Shown: positions 33,452-43,277, counted from the first letter of the stretch. The stretch is 50,851 nt of DNA from a virus (IMGVR_UViG_3300021171_000016:1-50851), one strand, 5' to 3'. Made by a program: numbers and translations. Notes: a model not told the origin generated them from the letters alone.

Positions 33452-34125
33452 GGTAACGCACCACCTCTCTCTTCGTTGTGGTTCGGGTCAGGGTTCCAGC
33501 CGTGCCAGCTTATGAGCTTTGATTTGTCGGCAGGGCCGAGGTCGAAGTTCCAAAGCAGGTCGGAGTTAACAGGCTTCATCCCGGCGTAGCCGAGAGTCAG
33601 GGAGATTGCCCAATCATCGTAGTAGTGGAACTTGCCGCACGGCATCTGCGGATACTTATCGAGGTAGAGGCGGATGGCCTTCTCGCTGAGCCAGATACCA
33701 ACACCTCCGCTAGTGCAGTGACCAATCCCACCACTGAGGCCTTTATCTCCCATCAGCCCAACCCAATCATGCTGCTCGAAGCCAGCGGTCTTGAGCTTTT
33801 CGACATTGACCCAGGTGTCGGCGTCGATCTTGAAGACGTGGGTGTAACCGTTTGCCAAGGCCCAGGTCAGCATCGCGTAGACCTTGCGCACGAGGCAGGC
33901 GTAGGCGTCGTCCACAGGTAGCTCTATCTCGTCCGTGGTCACGTTGCGGGCGAGCGTGTCCTTTATTTCCTGCTCGGTTGGTTCCCAGGTTCGGCCTCGC
34001 CACTGGTTATCTTGGATACCGTAGAAGAAGCGAACGTCCACTCCATGACCGGACAGCATCTCACGGTGAGCCGGGATACGCCAGCGGTCGCGGGCGCATT
34101 GCACAACAGCTATTAAGAGTTTCAT
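33445..34125 (-). CDS. Glycosyltransferase, GT31/Fringe-like, copy 2
   Basis: MKLLIAVVQC, DVRFFYG, DDAYACLVRKV, FKIDADTWV (DxD), SGGVGIWLS and YDDWAIS. Confidence 0.75.
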   Translation of the reverse strand: MKLLIAVVQCARDRWRIPAHREMLSGHGVDVRFFYGIQDNQWRGRTWEPTEQEIKDTLARNVTTDEIELPVDDAYACLVRKVYAMLTWALANGYTHVFKIDADTWVNVEKLKTAGFEQHDWVGLMGDKGLSGGIGHCTSGGVGIWLSEKAIRLYLDKYPQMPCGKFHYYDDWAISLTLGYAGMKPVNSDLLWNFDLGPADKSKLISWHGWNPDPNHNEERGGALPW

Positions 34126-35789
34126 ATTTTGCACCTACTGCAGTGTGTGATCAGGTCTTCGGGTTGGAAGCTAATTTTTTTCGTGACCAGCCCGCGTGCG
34201 TTCTGAATCCTCAGTGTGTTCGTGTTGAAGTCAACCATGTCTCGGTTGCCTGCGAAGCCGACATACTGCTCAATGCCCTGCTGCTTGAACATCGACGGCA
34301 GAGCGTTGATGGCGCGACCCCGCAGCGTCATGTACTGTGGTAGACGCCACTGGAACACGTCGGGAAGCGTCGGCACGTTCACGCCCGACACCCAGGCGAC
34401 CTTGACGCCCATGTCCTTCAGCATTTTGAACCAGACATAATGGTCGCCTCCGATCTTCCACTCGGGACACCAATGCAACCCGGCATCAAACAGCGACCGT
34501 CGTACCATGCAATAGTTAACGGTGAGGTCCACGATGTCAAAGTCGTTACCCGACGGGATGAGCTTCGTCTCGGTGATTGTGGTTCCATCCTGTCGGAAGA
34601 AGCCTTCATAGGCCTGCTTGTTCACACGACCGGAGGCGACCCCAATCTCGGGGTGTGTGTCCAGCGTGTTCATAAGCTTAACAATGCCGTTGCGGGTTTC
34701 AACTCCCTCGAAGTTGAAATCGTCGCAGGCAATGAGGACGTAGTCACGGTCGAAGCTGGCTATCGCTTTGTTGCCCTTCGCACCGAAGCCCGAATCGAAC
34801 GGCAACCACAAGCAGGTATGGCCCTGGTTGCGTAGTCGCGAGTACCACGCAATCTTCCCGTGCTGCTCGAAACCATCATCTACAATAACGATTTTCGCTT
34901 CCGGCATTTGCTTCTGTATGCCATTCACACAGGCGTTAAGGTAGCCATCGCGCAGGAACGTCTTCAGTAGGATTGAAACCCGGTCGAGCGGTCCTGCTGG
35001 CAATCCTGGCTTCATCACTGCCCCGTGCCATAGCCAAGCCTCGTGAATGGCGAGCATCTGCGCGGGCTCGAACTCACATGCTGCGATGATGTCATTCCCC
35101 TGGCGTGGTCCTTCGGGATACGAGAGAGCATTCCTTTTGCTGGCAACCACGGCGTAGCGGTAGTCGGGCGTCGGCGTGATGCCAGCCTTCAGCATGACGT
35201 TGCCCGTAATGCGATCCTCGCACACGTCGCCCTTGTTCCCAGCAATCAAGGCCTCGTCACACTTGGTCACACAATAACGGGTATCGAGTTCGCCTTTGAT
35301 TCCGGCTTGTGCGAGGACTTGTCCGACGAAGCGGTCATCTGCGTTATCGGAGGTTCGCCCGCCATTGATGACAGCGTGTAGGGCTGTAGCAGAAAGCCAG
35401 TATGCAAACCCTGAGCAGTAAGGAGCCGGGTAACCTCCAGATGGACCACGGAGCCTGCCGATGTAATCATGTTTCTCAAATCCCGAAGCAAGCAGGCGGT
35501 CGCATTGGACATAGGTATCATCGTCGCACATGAAGGCGTGGGTGTAGTTGTTTTGCAAGGCCCAGCGACAAATGGCGCGGACCTTCGCGGGGAGTGAAAG
35601 GTAGTCATCGGGACATCCAAGGAACACCTCATCTGGATTACGTTTGAAGGTTGCTGTGTTCGAGTTACCGCCATAGAAGAAGCGAACGTCGGCACCACGC
35701 ACGCCAGCAGCCCAGGTTGTTCTCTGGGCTGCTGCGCGATGTCTATACTTCTCACACGTCTTGACTGCAATCAATACTTTGGTCGCCAC
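34122..35789 (-). CDS. Bifunctional glycosyltransferase: GT31-like N-terminal domain plus GT2-like C-terminal domain
   Basis: N-domain: KVLIAVKTC, QRTTW, DVRFFYG, DDYLSLPAKV, MCDDDTYV, YCSGFAYWLS. C-domain: ILLKTFLR, IVIVDDG, LPFDSGFGAKGN, LIACDDF, WCPEWKIGGDH. GTG start at 35789 with AGGAG RBS. Confidence 0.8.
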   Translation of the reverse strand: MATKVLIAVKTCEKYRHRAAAQRTTWAAGVRGADVRFFYGGNSNTATFKRNPDEVFLGCPDDYLSLPAKVRAICRWALQNNYTHAFMCDDDTYVQCDRLLASGFEKHDYIGRLRGPSGGYPAPYCSGFAYWLSATALHAVINGGRTSDNADDRFVGQVLAQAGIKGELDTRYCVTKCDEALIAGNKGDVCEDRITGNVMLKAGITPTPDYRYAVVASKRNALSYPEGPRQGNDIIAACEFEPAQMLAIHEAWLWHGAVMKPGLPAGPLDRVSILLKTFLRDGYLNACVNGIQKQMPEAKIVIVDDGFEQHGKIAWYSRLRNQGHTCLWLPFDSGFGAKGNKAIASFDRDYVLIACDDFNFEGVETRNGIVKLMNTLDTHPEIGVASGRVNKQAYEGFFRQDGTTITETKLIPSGNDFDIVDLTVNYCMVRRSLFDAGLHWCPEWKIGGDHYVWFKMLKDMGVKVAWVSGVNVPTLPDVFQWRLPQYMTLRGRAINALPSMFKQQGIEQYVGFAGNRDMVDFNTNTLRIQNARGLVTKKISFQPEDLITHCSRCKI

Positions 35790-35799
35790 TGGTTTCTCC

Positions 35800-36429
35800 T
35801 TATGGTGTGACTTCATCCCAGGTGAGTGTGGGCTGGATGGTGAGGTCGGCAGGCGTACCTCCCAGACCAAAGAACGCAATGCCGTAGCCTGGGGCAATAA
35901 TGATAGCACCCGCTACGTCGTCGTGAACAACGCCAACCACATCTGCTCCTGGAGTAGCCGTGCCGAGCGTCCAGCCAGCGATCTGCCGAATGAATGCGGG
36001 CGCAACCAGGATCGTCGCAGTTGGTGCAGCGATGGCTACGGACTTTCCGCCATTGCCAACGAAGCATTGAGTTGGGACAATCAGCGTTCCGATTGTTCCG
36101 GGTGTGACGGCACAGGCGAACCAACCTAGCTCAACGCCGCTTCCGATTAAGGTCTGCGCGGTGTAGCCTGTCAACACCACAGTCGAGTCAAGGATGACAA
36201 GATTCTTTCCTGACCCTGACGGGTTAATCAAAACATCTAGCGCTGAAGTTGATGCCGCGCCTGTCACTGCGGCTGCGAACAATACCGAGAATTTTTGGCC
36301 TCGATAAGTGTTCTCGTAATATCGGGGCATGAGTTCCGTTACGGTCGCTTCGGAAAATTCACCGAAGCCGAGCGTCAGACCCTGTCCGGTTTGCTTTCCT
36401 GTTTGCCCTTGGTTGCCTTGAGATAACAT
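35800..36429 (-). CDS. Putative virion structural protein
   Basis: 209 aa, beta-rich, Gly/Thr/Ala-rich. AAAGGAG RBS. In the tail module. Confidence 0.55.
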   Translation of the reverse strand: MLSQGNQGQTGKQTGQGLTLGFGEFSEATVTELMPRYYENTYRGQKFSVLFAAAVTGAASTSALDVLINPSGSGKNLVILDSTVVLTGYTAQTLIGSGVELGWFACAVTPGTIGTLIVPTQCFVGNGGKSVAIAAPTATILVAPAFIRQIAGWTLGTATPGADVVGVVHDDVAGAIIIAPGYGIAFFGLGGTPADLTIQPTLTWDEVTP

Positions 36430-36443
36430 TTTTCATTTCTCCT

Positions 36444-36986
36444 TTAAGTCACTTGCCGAATGATGGAAGAGTCGTTAGACAGAATATCGTCCGGGTCGAA
36501 ATCCTCGACTGTGCAGCGTTTGCCCTCCGCTGCGAGGGTTACGCTCGCAAGCCTGATCGACTTCAACTCCATGAGAATCTGCAGTAGTAATTCGTTCACG
36601 CCAGCCGTACCTCCAATCTGTAAGTAGCCAGGACCGTAGCCAGGGTTGCCGAACAGAAGCGCTCCGCTGTCCGTGGCGAAATAGATCGCACCAAGGGCGA
36701 GCGGCGATGGGACGGATGCAATCGGGCCATAAGTAATGGCGAAGTTCTGGCCCGCTGGTCCGGTCGCACCCGTTGCTCCTGTGTTTCCCTGAATCCCCTG
36801 AGTGCCTGGGTTGCCTTGGATGCCCTGCGAGCCTGTCGCACCCGTTGGACCTTGAGCACCCGTCGCGCCTGTTGGACCTTGAGCACCTGTTGGACCTGTT
36901 GGACCTGTCGCGCCAGCGGGACCAGCGGGTCCTGCTGGCCCTGGGCCTCCACGATTGGTGACGAAGCCTGAGTCGTTTCTATTCAT
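36444..36986 (-). CDS. Collagen-like (Gly-X-Y) fibre protein
   Basis: 23 consecutive Gly-X-Y triplets, then [10 protein letters not shown] and a short coiled coil. Confidence 0.8.
   Translation of the reverse strand: MNRNDSGFVTNRGGPGPAGPAGPAGATGPTGPTGAQGPTGATGAQGPTGATGSQGIQGNPGTQGIQGNTGATGATGPAGQNFAITYGPIASVPSPLALGAIYFATDSGALLFGNPGYGPGYLQIGGTAGVNELLLQILMELKSIRLASVTLAAEGKRCTVEDFDPDDILSNDSSIIRQVT
36744..36950 (-). repeat. Collagen triplet repeat ([12 protein letters not shown])
   Basis: 23 triplets, 10 with Thr in the Y position. Confidence 0.85.
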
Positions 36987-39425
36987 TTAGCTCCCCGAGT
37001 CGTTGCCTTCATAACCTTGGTTGATGGTTGTTGTCGTCGCGCCTGTTGTGCGACCCGTACCGCTGCGGATGCCGACCGTCGTAACGCTTAATATGCCGTC
37101 CGGTTCGGACACGCCACTCCCACCCGACGCCATCTCAAACAGTGTGCAAGTAACGAGGCCGCTGGATAGGTTAACGAAACCCTCACCCACGATGATACGA
37201 ACCTCGGTAGTCGCGGCGAACGCAGCCCAGGTCGCGATGTAGAACAACTCGGATCGCTGATATACATAGCCATCAACTAACGAGGTTGGTATGGCAACGG
37301 TCTGCCCGTTCGTGTAGTTGGTCGGGCCGAAGACCTCGACCGCGACCACACTCTCGCGGATGTTGTCGTTGATCTGCTTCATCGTTGTGAAGGGAAGCGT
37401 TGACCCAGGTAGCAAGTTCGTAGGGTTAACTTCCTTGAACTGATTAGCGAGTGATGTGTAAGCTAACGGGCTTGGCTTGAAAAGCGTTAGCACGCCGTTG
37501 GTCATCGTTCCGGTTACGGAGGTAAAGTTGAAACCTCCCCAGCCCGTTGGCGGCACGACGGGAGCTGATACACCTGCGACAATAGGAATCACTTGCGGCG
37601 AACCGAGAGCGACCGTGTACGGCGTTCCAGCGTACCATTGAATCGTGATGCTTGTTGCGTTATCTCCTGAACCATTGGCGAATGTAACCTGATCCACGCC
37701 AGCCAACAGGACAGAACTATATTCGTACCAGCTTGGTGTGCTGGTCCAATAGTTGCCTCCGTTGGGCTTTGCGTTGACGTTCTCGGTTGTGTAAAGCGTC
37801 GGCATAACCTGGCGGCTGCAAAGCGCGAACACAGCGACACGGCCCGCACCCGACACGGTAAGCACGCCGTTGCCAGGGTCCCAGGTTTGCACGGTGACCG
37901 AGACCGCGCCTCCGGTTACTGACGAGCTAAAATTGTTTAAGAAAGAGTTGTTACCAGGCTGTGTGTACGAACCGCCAGCCGTGTTCCATCTCATGCAAGT
38001 CATCATCGCGCATTGGCTGTAAGGGTAGACAAAGCCATCTACGGGCGAGACCGGGTTGCCAGTCGATTGCCCGTTGACAAACTCTCCCAGGTAGATACAT
38101 TCCACCTTCACCGCCGCGAGCTTCGAGTTCTGCTCCATCGCTGACAGGAAATCCGTTCGATATGCACTGCCAACCTGAAACGAACTATCTACAACGTCGG
38201 TATAGGTTGGTGATGGCACGGCCAAAGTAATGTTAGTCTTCTGCCGTTGAGCAATTGTGTACACGCCCAGAATCCCATCCGAGCTTTGAATCGGCGGGTG
38301 ATCGGCATGGACCCACGAATACCATTCCTCGCAGAATACAAGACCTGTCTGCTGCACAACCCGCCAGTTAGCGATCCACAAAGCTTCCTCGCCCGAGGCC
38401 CAGCCCGACGACGGGTTGACTGACGACCTCACCATCCAGATAAAGGAGCACTCATCGTACTGGTACTCATAGCCATCAGTTGGCGAAACGGGAAGATTCA
38501 CGAACTGGCCATTGGAATATTCGCCATAAAAGAACTCAATCCCAACCATCCCAAAGGCTGCATTCTCAGAAAGCTTCATCAGGTCGAACCCTCGCGCAGG
38601 ACCATTGGCCGCGAAATTCGCAAGGGACACATCTGAGAACCCAGGCTCGTGCGTCAGGACAAGCGAATCCGTGAGCACGACGTAGAGCCCTTGCAGGGTA
38701 GAGGCCGCGAAATAGTTGTAATCGTTTGGGTCGCCTCCCTCGATATACTGGTTCTGGTTGACGCCAATAGAAAGGTTGCCATCTACGCCAGCCGTAGGAT
38801 TGTCGAGCAAAGCGAGATTCGGATACGGGGAAGACTCGTTCAAGTCAACCTGTTTCGTGCCCGAGGTCGCGATGCCAAAGGCCTGTGTGTCGCTCGGCAA
38901 AGCCGACAGCACCATACTGAAGAAGCCAACAATGACTGAGGTCGCGGTCGTCGGCGGCTGCTCAATCGTCACATTAATTTGCGTGTGTTGATTCTCGTAC
39001 TTCTGGCTGTGCCCTGTGTTGTAGGTTGTCGGCGTGTTCTGATTCGCGTTGACTTGCAACCCGCCATAAGTGGAGATGCCAGTCACGTTGGTGTACTCTG
39101 CGAGCATCCCCGTGACGAACTGCGTCTCATCCCCTCCGCTCGTCATCTGAATAGTAATGTGGGAGATTGCCAGCGCTCGCAGGCAGGCCCACAACTCAAT
39201 CCGGTCGCCGCCAAGCGTCCCGGTTGCCAAGCATTCCCATTGGTTGATCTGACTTCCAAAGGCATTATTTCCGAGGTTATCGGTGACACTTGCAACCGAG
39301 TCCGTGCCATCAGCTAGAGCGATACCAACCAGCAGACAATTTCCCAGGGCCGTGGTCCTGGTAATCGTCAGAGTGGTTGCGTTTGCGGTCGCCGAGGTTG
39401 TGCCTACTAAAACTGGTTGAGCCAT
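36987..39425 (-). CDS. Tail tip/fibre protein with three copies of a ~135-aa domain
   Basis: 812 aa. Repeats GEYSNGQFVNLPVSPTDGYEY, GEFVNGQSTGNPVSPVDGFVY and TNYTNGQTVAIPTSLVDGYVY. Confidence 0.7.
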   Translation of the reverse strand: MAQPVLVGTTSATANATTLTITRTTALGNCLLVGIALADGTDSVASVTDNLGNNAFGSQINQWECLATGTLGGDRIELWACLRALAISHITIQMTSGGDETQFVTGMLAEYTNVTGISTYGGLQVNANQNTPTTYNTGHSQKYENQHTQINVTIEQPPTTATSVIVGFFSMVLSALPSDTQAFGIATSGTKQVDLNESSPYPNLALLDNPTAGVDGNLSIGVNQNQYIEGGDPNDYNYFAASTLQGLYVVLTDSLVLTHEPGFSDVSLANFAANGPARGFDLMKLSENAAFGMVGIEFFYGEYSNGQFVNLPVSPTDGYEYQYDECSFIWMVRSSVNPSSGWASGEEALWIANWRVVQQTGLVFCEEWYSWVHADHPPIQSSDGILGVYTIAQRQKTNITLAVPSPTYTDVVDSSFQVGSAYRTDFLSAMEQNSKLAAVKVECIYLGEFVNGQSTGNPVSPVDGFVYPYSQCAMMTCMRWNTAGGSYTQPGNNSFLNNFSSSVTGGAVSVTVQTWDPGNGVLTVSGAGRVAVFALCSRQVMPTLYTTENVNAKPNGGNYWTSTPSWYEYSSVLLAGVDQVTFANGSGDNATSITIQWYAGTPYTVALGSPQVIPIVAGVSAPVVPPTGWGGFNFTSVTGTMTNGVLTLFKPSPLAYTSLANQFKEVNPTNLLPGSTLPFTTMKQINDNIRESVVAVEVFGPTNYTNGQTVAIPTSLVDGYVYQRSELFYIATWAAFAATTEVRIIVGEGFVNLSSGLVTCTLFEMASGGSGVSEPDGILSVTTVGIRSGTGRTTGATTTTINQGYEGNDSGS

Positions 39426-39427
39426 AG

Positions 39428-40855
39428 TTATCCTAGAGTGTTCGCGGCCACGCCCGAAGCCATCACGCCAGCCGTGGAGGACTGAAACATATACGTTGCC
39501 TTGTCGGCAGTCGAATCGCTTGCGTAGTTGCCTTCCGACGAAGGCGCAATCTCGAAGCTACCGAACGTGGACAGGTAACTTGCGTCAATCAGGGTGAAGG
39601 TAAGAATGCCCGTCTTGAAGGCCCACTTCTTGTTGGTAATCTCAAAGAGCTTGTTCGTGATTCCCATTGTCCCGGTCGTGCGGTTCGGCACCTGGGCGTG
39701 TGTCACGCTGACCAAGTCGCCAGATTCGTAGAGACAAGTATCGAGGTGCGTGTCCGCTGAACCGGAGTCGAACATCAAAGACTTGTTGCCGTACCGCAGG
39801 AATATCAACCGCGCCACGAGCAAGGAAATAATGTAGCCCTGGAAGCCTGACCGCAGGCCGTCCGCTGCGACAACCATCTCACCGATGATGCCGAACCGGG
39901 TCAGCGATGGACCATACTCGTTAATCGTCTGCGAGAGATAGTTCGTCGTGCCGTTTGGTAGATCATCGTCGCGATCAAACTGTGTCTCGATGAGGTTAAT
40001 CATCTCCGACTGCTCCGCTGTCGGAACCGATGTAAAGGTGTGGATGTTGAAATTCCCCAACGCGACCGGACCCGCCAACGGATAAAAGAAACGCACCGTA
40101 AGCATCCCAGCGGCGTTCATGTGGAGATAACCGCCAAGTGGCTTGAGCAACTGCTGCTTGATGAAGTCCAGCGCCATAGGCGCCTGCGTTAAATGGAAGA
40201 CAAAGTTAACGCCGTTGAATGGTCCTGCGATGTAGGCATTAATCGTAGTGAAGTCAATCATGGTCAGCGGGAAGGTTTTCGTTCCCAACTGAAGCCCTGT
40301 CTGCGTCTGCAGGATACTGAGCAGAATCGAGAGCGGGTTGCCGTTCAACGTCTTGATGTTGGCCGAACTAGTCACGCCTCCATTATCGGCGGTCGTGTAG
40401 ATGACCTGATTAAGATAGCCAGAGAAGTCGAGGCAACTGAAAGCGTATTCCAGGTTAGCATTCACGCTTCCGACCGCGTCGATGTAACCAACAAAGACGG
40501 TGACGAAGTCCGCATAGGCGAGTCCGAGGAAGCCGTGTTGCACGGTGACCGTGCTGCCCTCGAACACGAAGCCTGGGAAATCTCCAGTTATGGCTGCTTT
40601 CTGATCCTGTACCGTGAAGGTTAGGTTGCCGACATTCGCGCCTCCGTCCAGGTCGTTAACGGAATAGGTGTAATCGTCTGGCCCGCCATCCATCAGCCAC
40701 GGGTAGAGGGTCGGACCTGTGTAACCGGACGGCGTCACGTTCAGCAGGTTCGTGAAGGCACGAGAGTACCCAGCAATCGTGATGATAAATTGCTGGGTGA
40801 CACTCGTCACAGGCTGCGCGATCTTTGCTAAGTAGTTTGCCGTCGCTGTAATCAT
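39428..40855 (-). CDS. Baseplate hub / tail tip protein
   Basis: 475 aa, second gene after the tape measure. VFVGYID, GNPLSILLSIL and ESGDLVSVT hub-like pattern. Confidence 0.65.
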   Translation of the reverse strand: MITATANYLAKIAQPVTSVTQQFIITIAGYSRAFTNLLNVTPSGYTGPTLYPWLMDGGPDDYTYSVNDLDGGANVGNLTFTVQDQKAAITGDFPGFVFEGSTVTVQHGFLGLAYADFVTVFVGYIDAVGSVNANLEYAFSCLDFSGYLNQVIYTTADNGGVTSSANIKTLNGNPLSILLSILQTQTGLQLGTKTFPLTMIDFTTINAYIAGPFNGVNFVFHLTQAPMALDFIKQQLLKPLGGYLHMNAAGMLTVRFFYPLAGPVALGNFNIHTFTSVPTAEQSEMINLIETQFDRDDDLPNGTTNYLSQTINEYGPSLTRFGIIGEMVVAADGLRSGFQGYIISLLVARLIFLRYGNKSLMFDSGSADTHLDTCLYESGDLVSVTHAQVPNRTTGTMGITNKLFEITNKKWAFKTGILTFTLIDASYLSTFGSFEIAPSSEGNYASDSTADKATYMFQSSTAGVMASGVAANTLG

Positions 40856-41265
40856 GAGCTATACACCGCTCCTGGGCCAACGTAGAGAAGCATGTTGATC
40901 TTCAAGGAATACCAGCCGGGTGCAATCCACGCCGGAACGACCTTCTCATCTTCAAGTGTGTACTCGAAGAACGTCGTCTCAATAGTATTGTCGGGAAAAT
41001 AAGTGAAGTTGGCACCTGACAACGCGAACATTAAGAAAGCATTCCACGCCGTCAGGTCGCTCGAAGGTATGCTGGTAAAGTTAAGAGCCAGCCGCTGGTC
41101 GATGCGCTCGAAGACGCTCTGCTTCTCGCCCGCCGACGTTATCGAGTCGTGTCGCGTAGCATCGAGCGAATCGAACCCTGGCTTCTTTGTTGGAGGCCAT
41201 GTCGGGCTGAAGTCAACAATGCCCGACCCGGCGTTGTATGCGAACTTTGGAAACGGAATGCTCAT
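40852..41265 (-). CDS. Distal tail (Dit-like) protein
   Basis: 137 aa directly after the tape measure. WNAFLMFALSGANFTYFPD. Confidence 0.6.
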   Translation of the reverse strand: MSIPFPKFAYNAGSGIVDFSPTWPPTKKPGFDSLDATRHDSITSAGEKQSVFERIDQRLALNFTSIPSSDLTAWNAFLMFALSGANFTYFPDNTIETTFFEYTLEDEKVVPAWIAPGWYSLKINMLLYVGPGAVYSS

Positions 41266-43277
41266 GCTGACCTCTTCGTGACGCGAAGTGAGTTACTCGA
41301 ATGCAGCGCTCCCACGCCCGTGCGAACCTGCCGACTCATCTGCTTCATCACCTTCGTTAGGTTGTCGGGCGAAATCATGCCTTGCACATTCCAGTGATGG
41401 TGCGTGTCACCACCTCCACCCTGGGGCATCATCTCGGCAATCTTAGAAGCGATGTGCTCCATTGCCTTCGGATCGCTCAATGGTAAAACACCCTCAGTGG
41501 TTCCTGGCACCTCGCCAAGCATCGCGAGGGTCGGGCCAGTAACAAGTCCACCCACCGCGAACCGCTGCACGTTCGTTGACTGTGATGGCCCCGTGGCCGC
41601 TCCGCTGCCAGTGGTCTGAATGCTTCCACCCTGCGGCCCGGTTGACCCACCCTTCGCGCCTGACCCGGAACCACCACTCGCTGAAGCGCTAATCTCAGCA
41701 CCAGCCACACCACAGGCTAACGCAGCCGCTTCCCACATTGCCGCCGAGGCAAAGTCGTGGGCAGCGGCATCCCCGTTCCACCATTCGCCGATGGCTTTCG
41801 CGAGCGAGGCCATCGCTTGAACTTGGCAGTATTGGCCCAGGGCCGAGACGGCCTGACCCGCTGCGCCTTCCATTGCCGAGGCCCAGGACTTCGCGCCAGA
41901 TGCGGCCTCGATGAATCCCGCAGCCATCTTGGAACCGAACGACCCCGCGAGTTCCTGAATCACACCCAACTCGAAGCCTGTCGTCTTTGCCGTCGTGCCA
42001 TAACCCTTCAGGGCCTTGTCGGCTTCCTCCACGCGCTTCTTAAACTCGGCGAGAGCTATGTCGTCTTTAATGCCCGACGCGGTAAAGGCATCGAGTTCTT
42101 TCTTAGCGAATGTGAGGTTAGCCGCGAGGTCCGTCTTGAGGGTTATCCCCATGTTGCTCGCAGCCTTTGCGCCGTCCTTCAACGCCCGGTTGACGTTATC
42201 AAGGCTCGGCATAAAGCTGGTAATGACCTCGGGAACGGACAGCAAGTCCGAAGCCATCGCAGCAGCCAAGGCTTTTGCATCAGCCTCTTGCTTGATGAAT
42301 TCTTTGCGTTCGCGATCCGTTTTATCCTGCGTCAGCTTGAGCCATTTTTCATAGCCAGCCAACTGATATTTATATACCGCGTCGGCGTCCTCTTGGGCGT
42401 TCTTTTCGTCCTGCAGTTTCACATCGTCGGAGGCCGCTTTCTTTGCGAGGTTCCTGGCCCGCTCGGCGTCAGCAGCATTGTTCTTGCGGGTTTCCTCCCG
42501 CGTGTCGGCTTTCTGTTTTTCAAAGTCAATCGTTTCGGTTGACCCCATTGTCCAGTCAGCAAACCTCATCGCGGCTGTGAGTGTCTTCTCCCACCACTTG
42601 GGCTGCTCTTCCAGCTTCTTGTTTTCCGCACCCAGCCAGGTATCAATGTCTTTGAGGTCACCTATTAGCTTGTCGCCAATTTCTAGTCGCTTTAATTCGC
42701 GTGCCGAATCCCCGAAGCGCTGCAGGGCCTTCGCCGACTTCTCCGCTTCAGCTGTGTACTTGGCAATCTCAGCGTTGGAGTCCTTGATGGCCTGATCCGA
42801 GGCTCGCATGGCGTCGGTAAAAATATAGGTGTTGCTAATCCAGTCTGTTAGTTTCTCGGTTCCTTTGACCAAGGCCTCGACCAAGAACAGGACGGCGGTC
42901 GCCGAGAAGGCTGCCGACAGAATGCCTTGCATTGGGCCGAGTGAAGCCAAGAATGAGGTGACATGGCGCGGGAGACGGATGCCAGTAGCTTCGGCCAACA
43001 GCATAGCTTCGCCGCGAGCCTCTTTGAACGATCCGGCGACACGCTTATTAGTGTCAACGATTGTCTCGCCCGCGTTCTCGACGTTCTCTCCGGTTGCATC
43101 AAATTCTACGCCGAGATTGTTGACATCAACGCCCAGGCCTTGCACGGCTGTGCGAACACCTGCAAGGCGACCGGGAATAGCCTCAACCCGAGTCATGCCT
43201 CCGTCGAGTTGTGTCGTGTTGGCGAGGAAGGTAAAGACTGCATCGCCTACGTTTATTCCCGTTCCGCCGTCAGGCAT
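41262..43277 (-). CDS. Tape measure protein
   Basis: 671 aa, helical and Ala-rich, with C-terminal RFAVGGLVTGPTLAMLGE...EGVLPL. Follows the chaperone pair. Confidence 0.88.
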   Translation of the reverse strand: MPDGGTGINVGDAVFTFLANTTQLDGGMTRVEAIPGRLAGVRTAVQGLGVDVNNLGVEFDATGENVENAGETIVDTNKRVAGSFKEARGEAMLLAEATGIRLPRHVTSFLASLGPMQGILSAAFSATAVLFLVEALVKGTEKLTDWISNTYIFTDAMRASDQAIKDSNAEIAKYTAEAEKSAKALQRFGDSARELKRLEIGDKLIGDLKDIDTWLGAENKKLEEQPKWWEKTLTAAMRFADWTMGSTETIDFEKQKADTREETRKNNAADAERARNLAKKAASDDVKLQDEKNAQEDADAVYKYQLAGYEKWLKLTQDKTDRERKEFIKQEADAKALAAAMASDLLSVPEVITSFMPSLDNVNRALKDGAKAASNMGITLKTDLAANLTFAKKELDAFTASGIKDDIALAEFKKRVEEADKALKGYGTTAKTTGFELGVIQELAGSFGSKMAAGFIEAASGAKSWASAMEGAAGQAVSALGQYCQVQAMASLAKAIGEWWNGDAAAHDFASAAMWEAAALACGVAGAEISASASGGSGSGAKGGSTGPQGGSIQTTGSGAATGPSQSTNVQRFAVGGLVTGPTLAMLGEVPGTTEGVLPLSDPKAMEHIASKIAEMMPQGGGGDTHHHWNVQGMISPDNLTKVMKQMSRQVRTGVGALHSSNSLRVTKRSA

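Noticed and set aside
32055-35789. Serotype-conversion (gtrABC) or DNA glucosylation cassette
   Set aside because: No membrane proteins or flippase, no sign of lysogeny, no hydroxymethylase, and the genes sit in the late structural operon.
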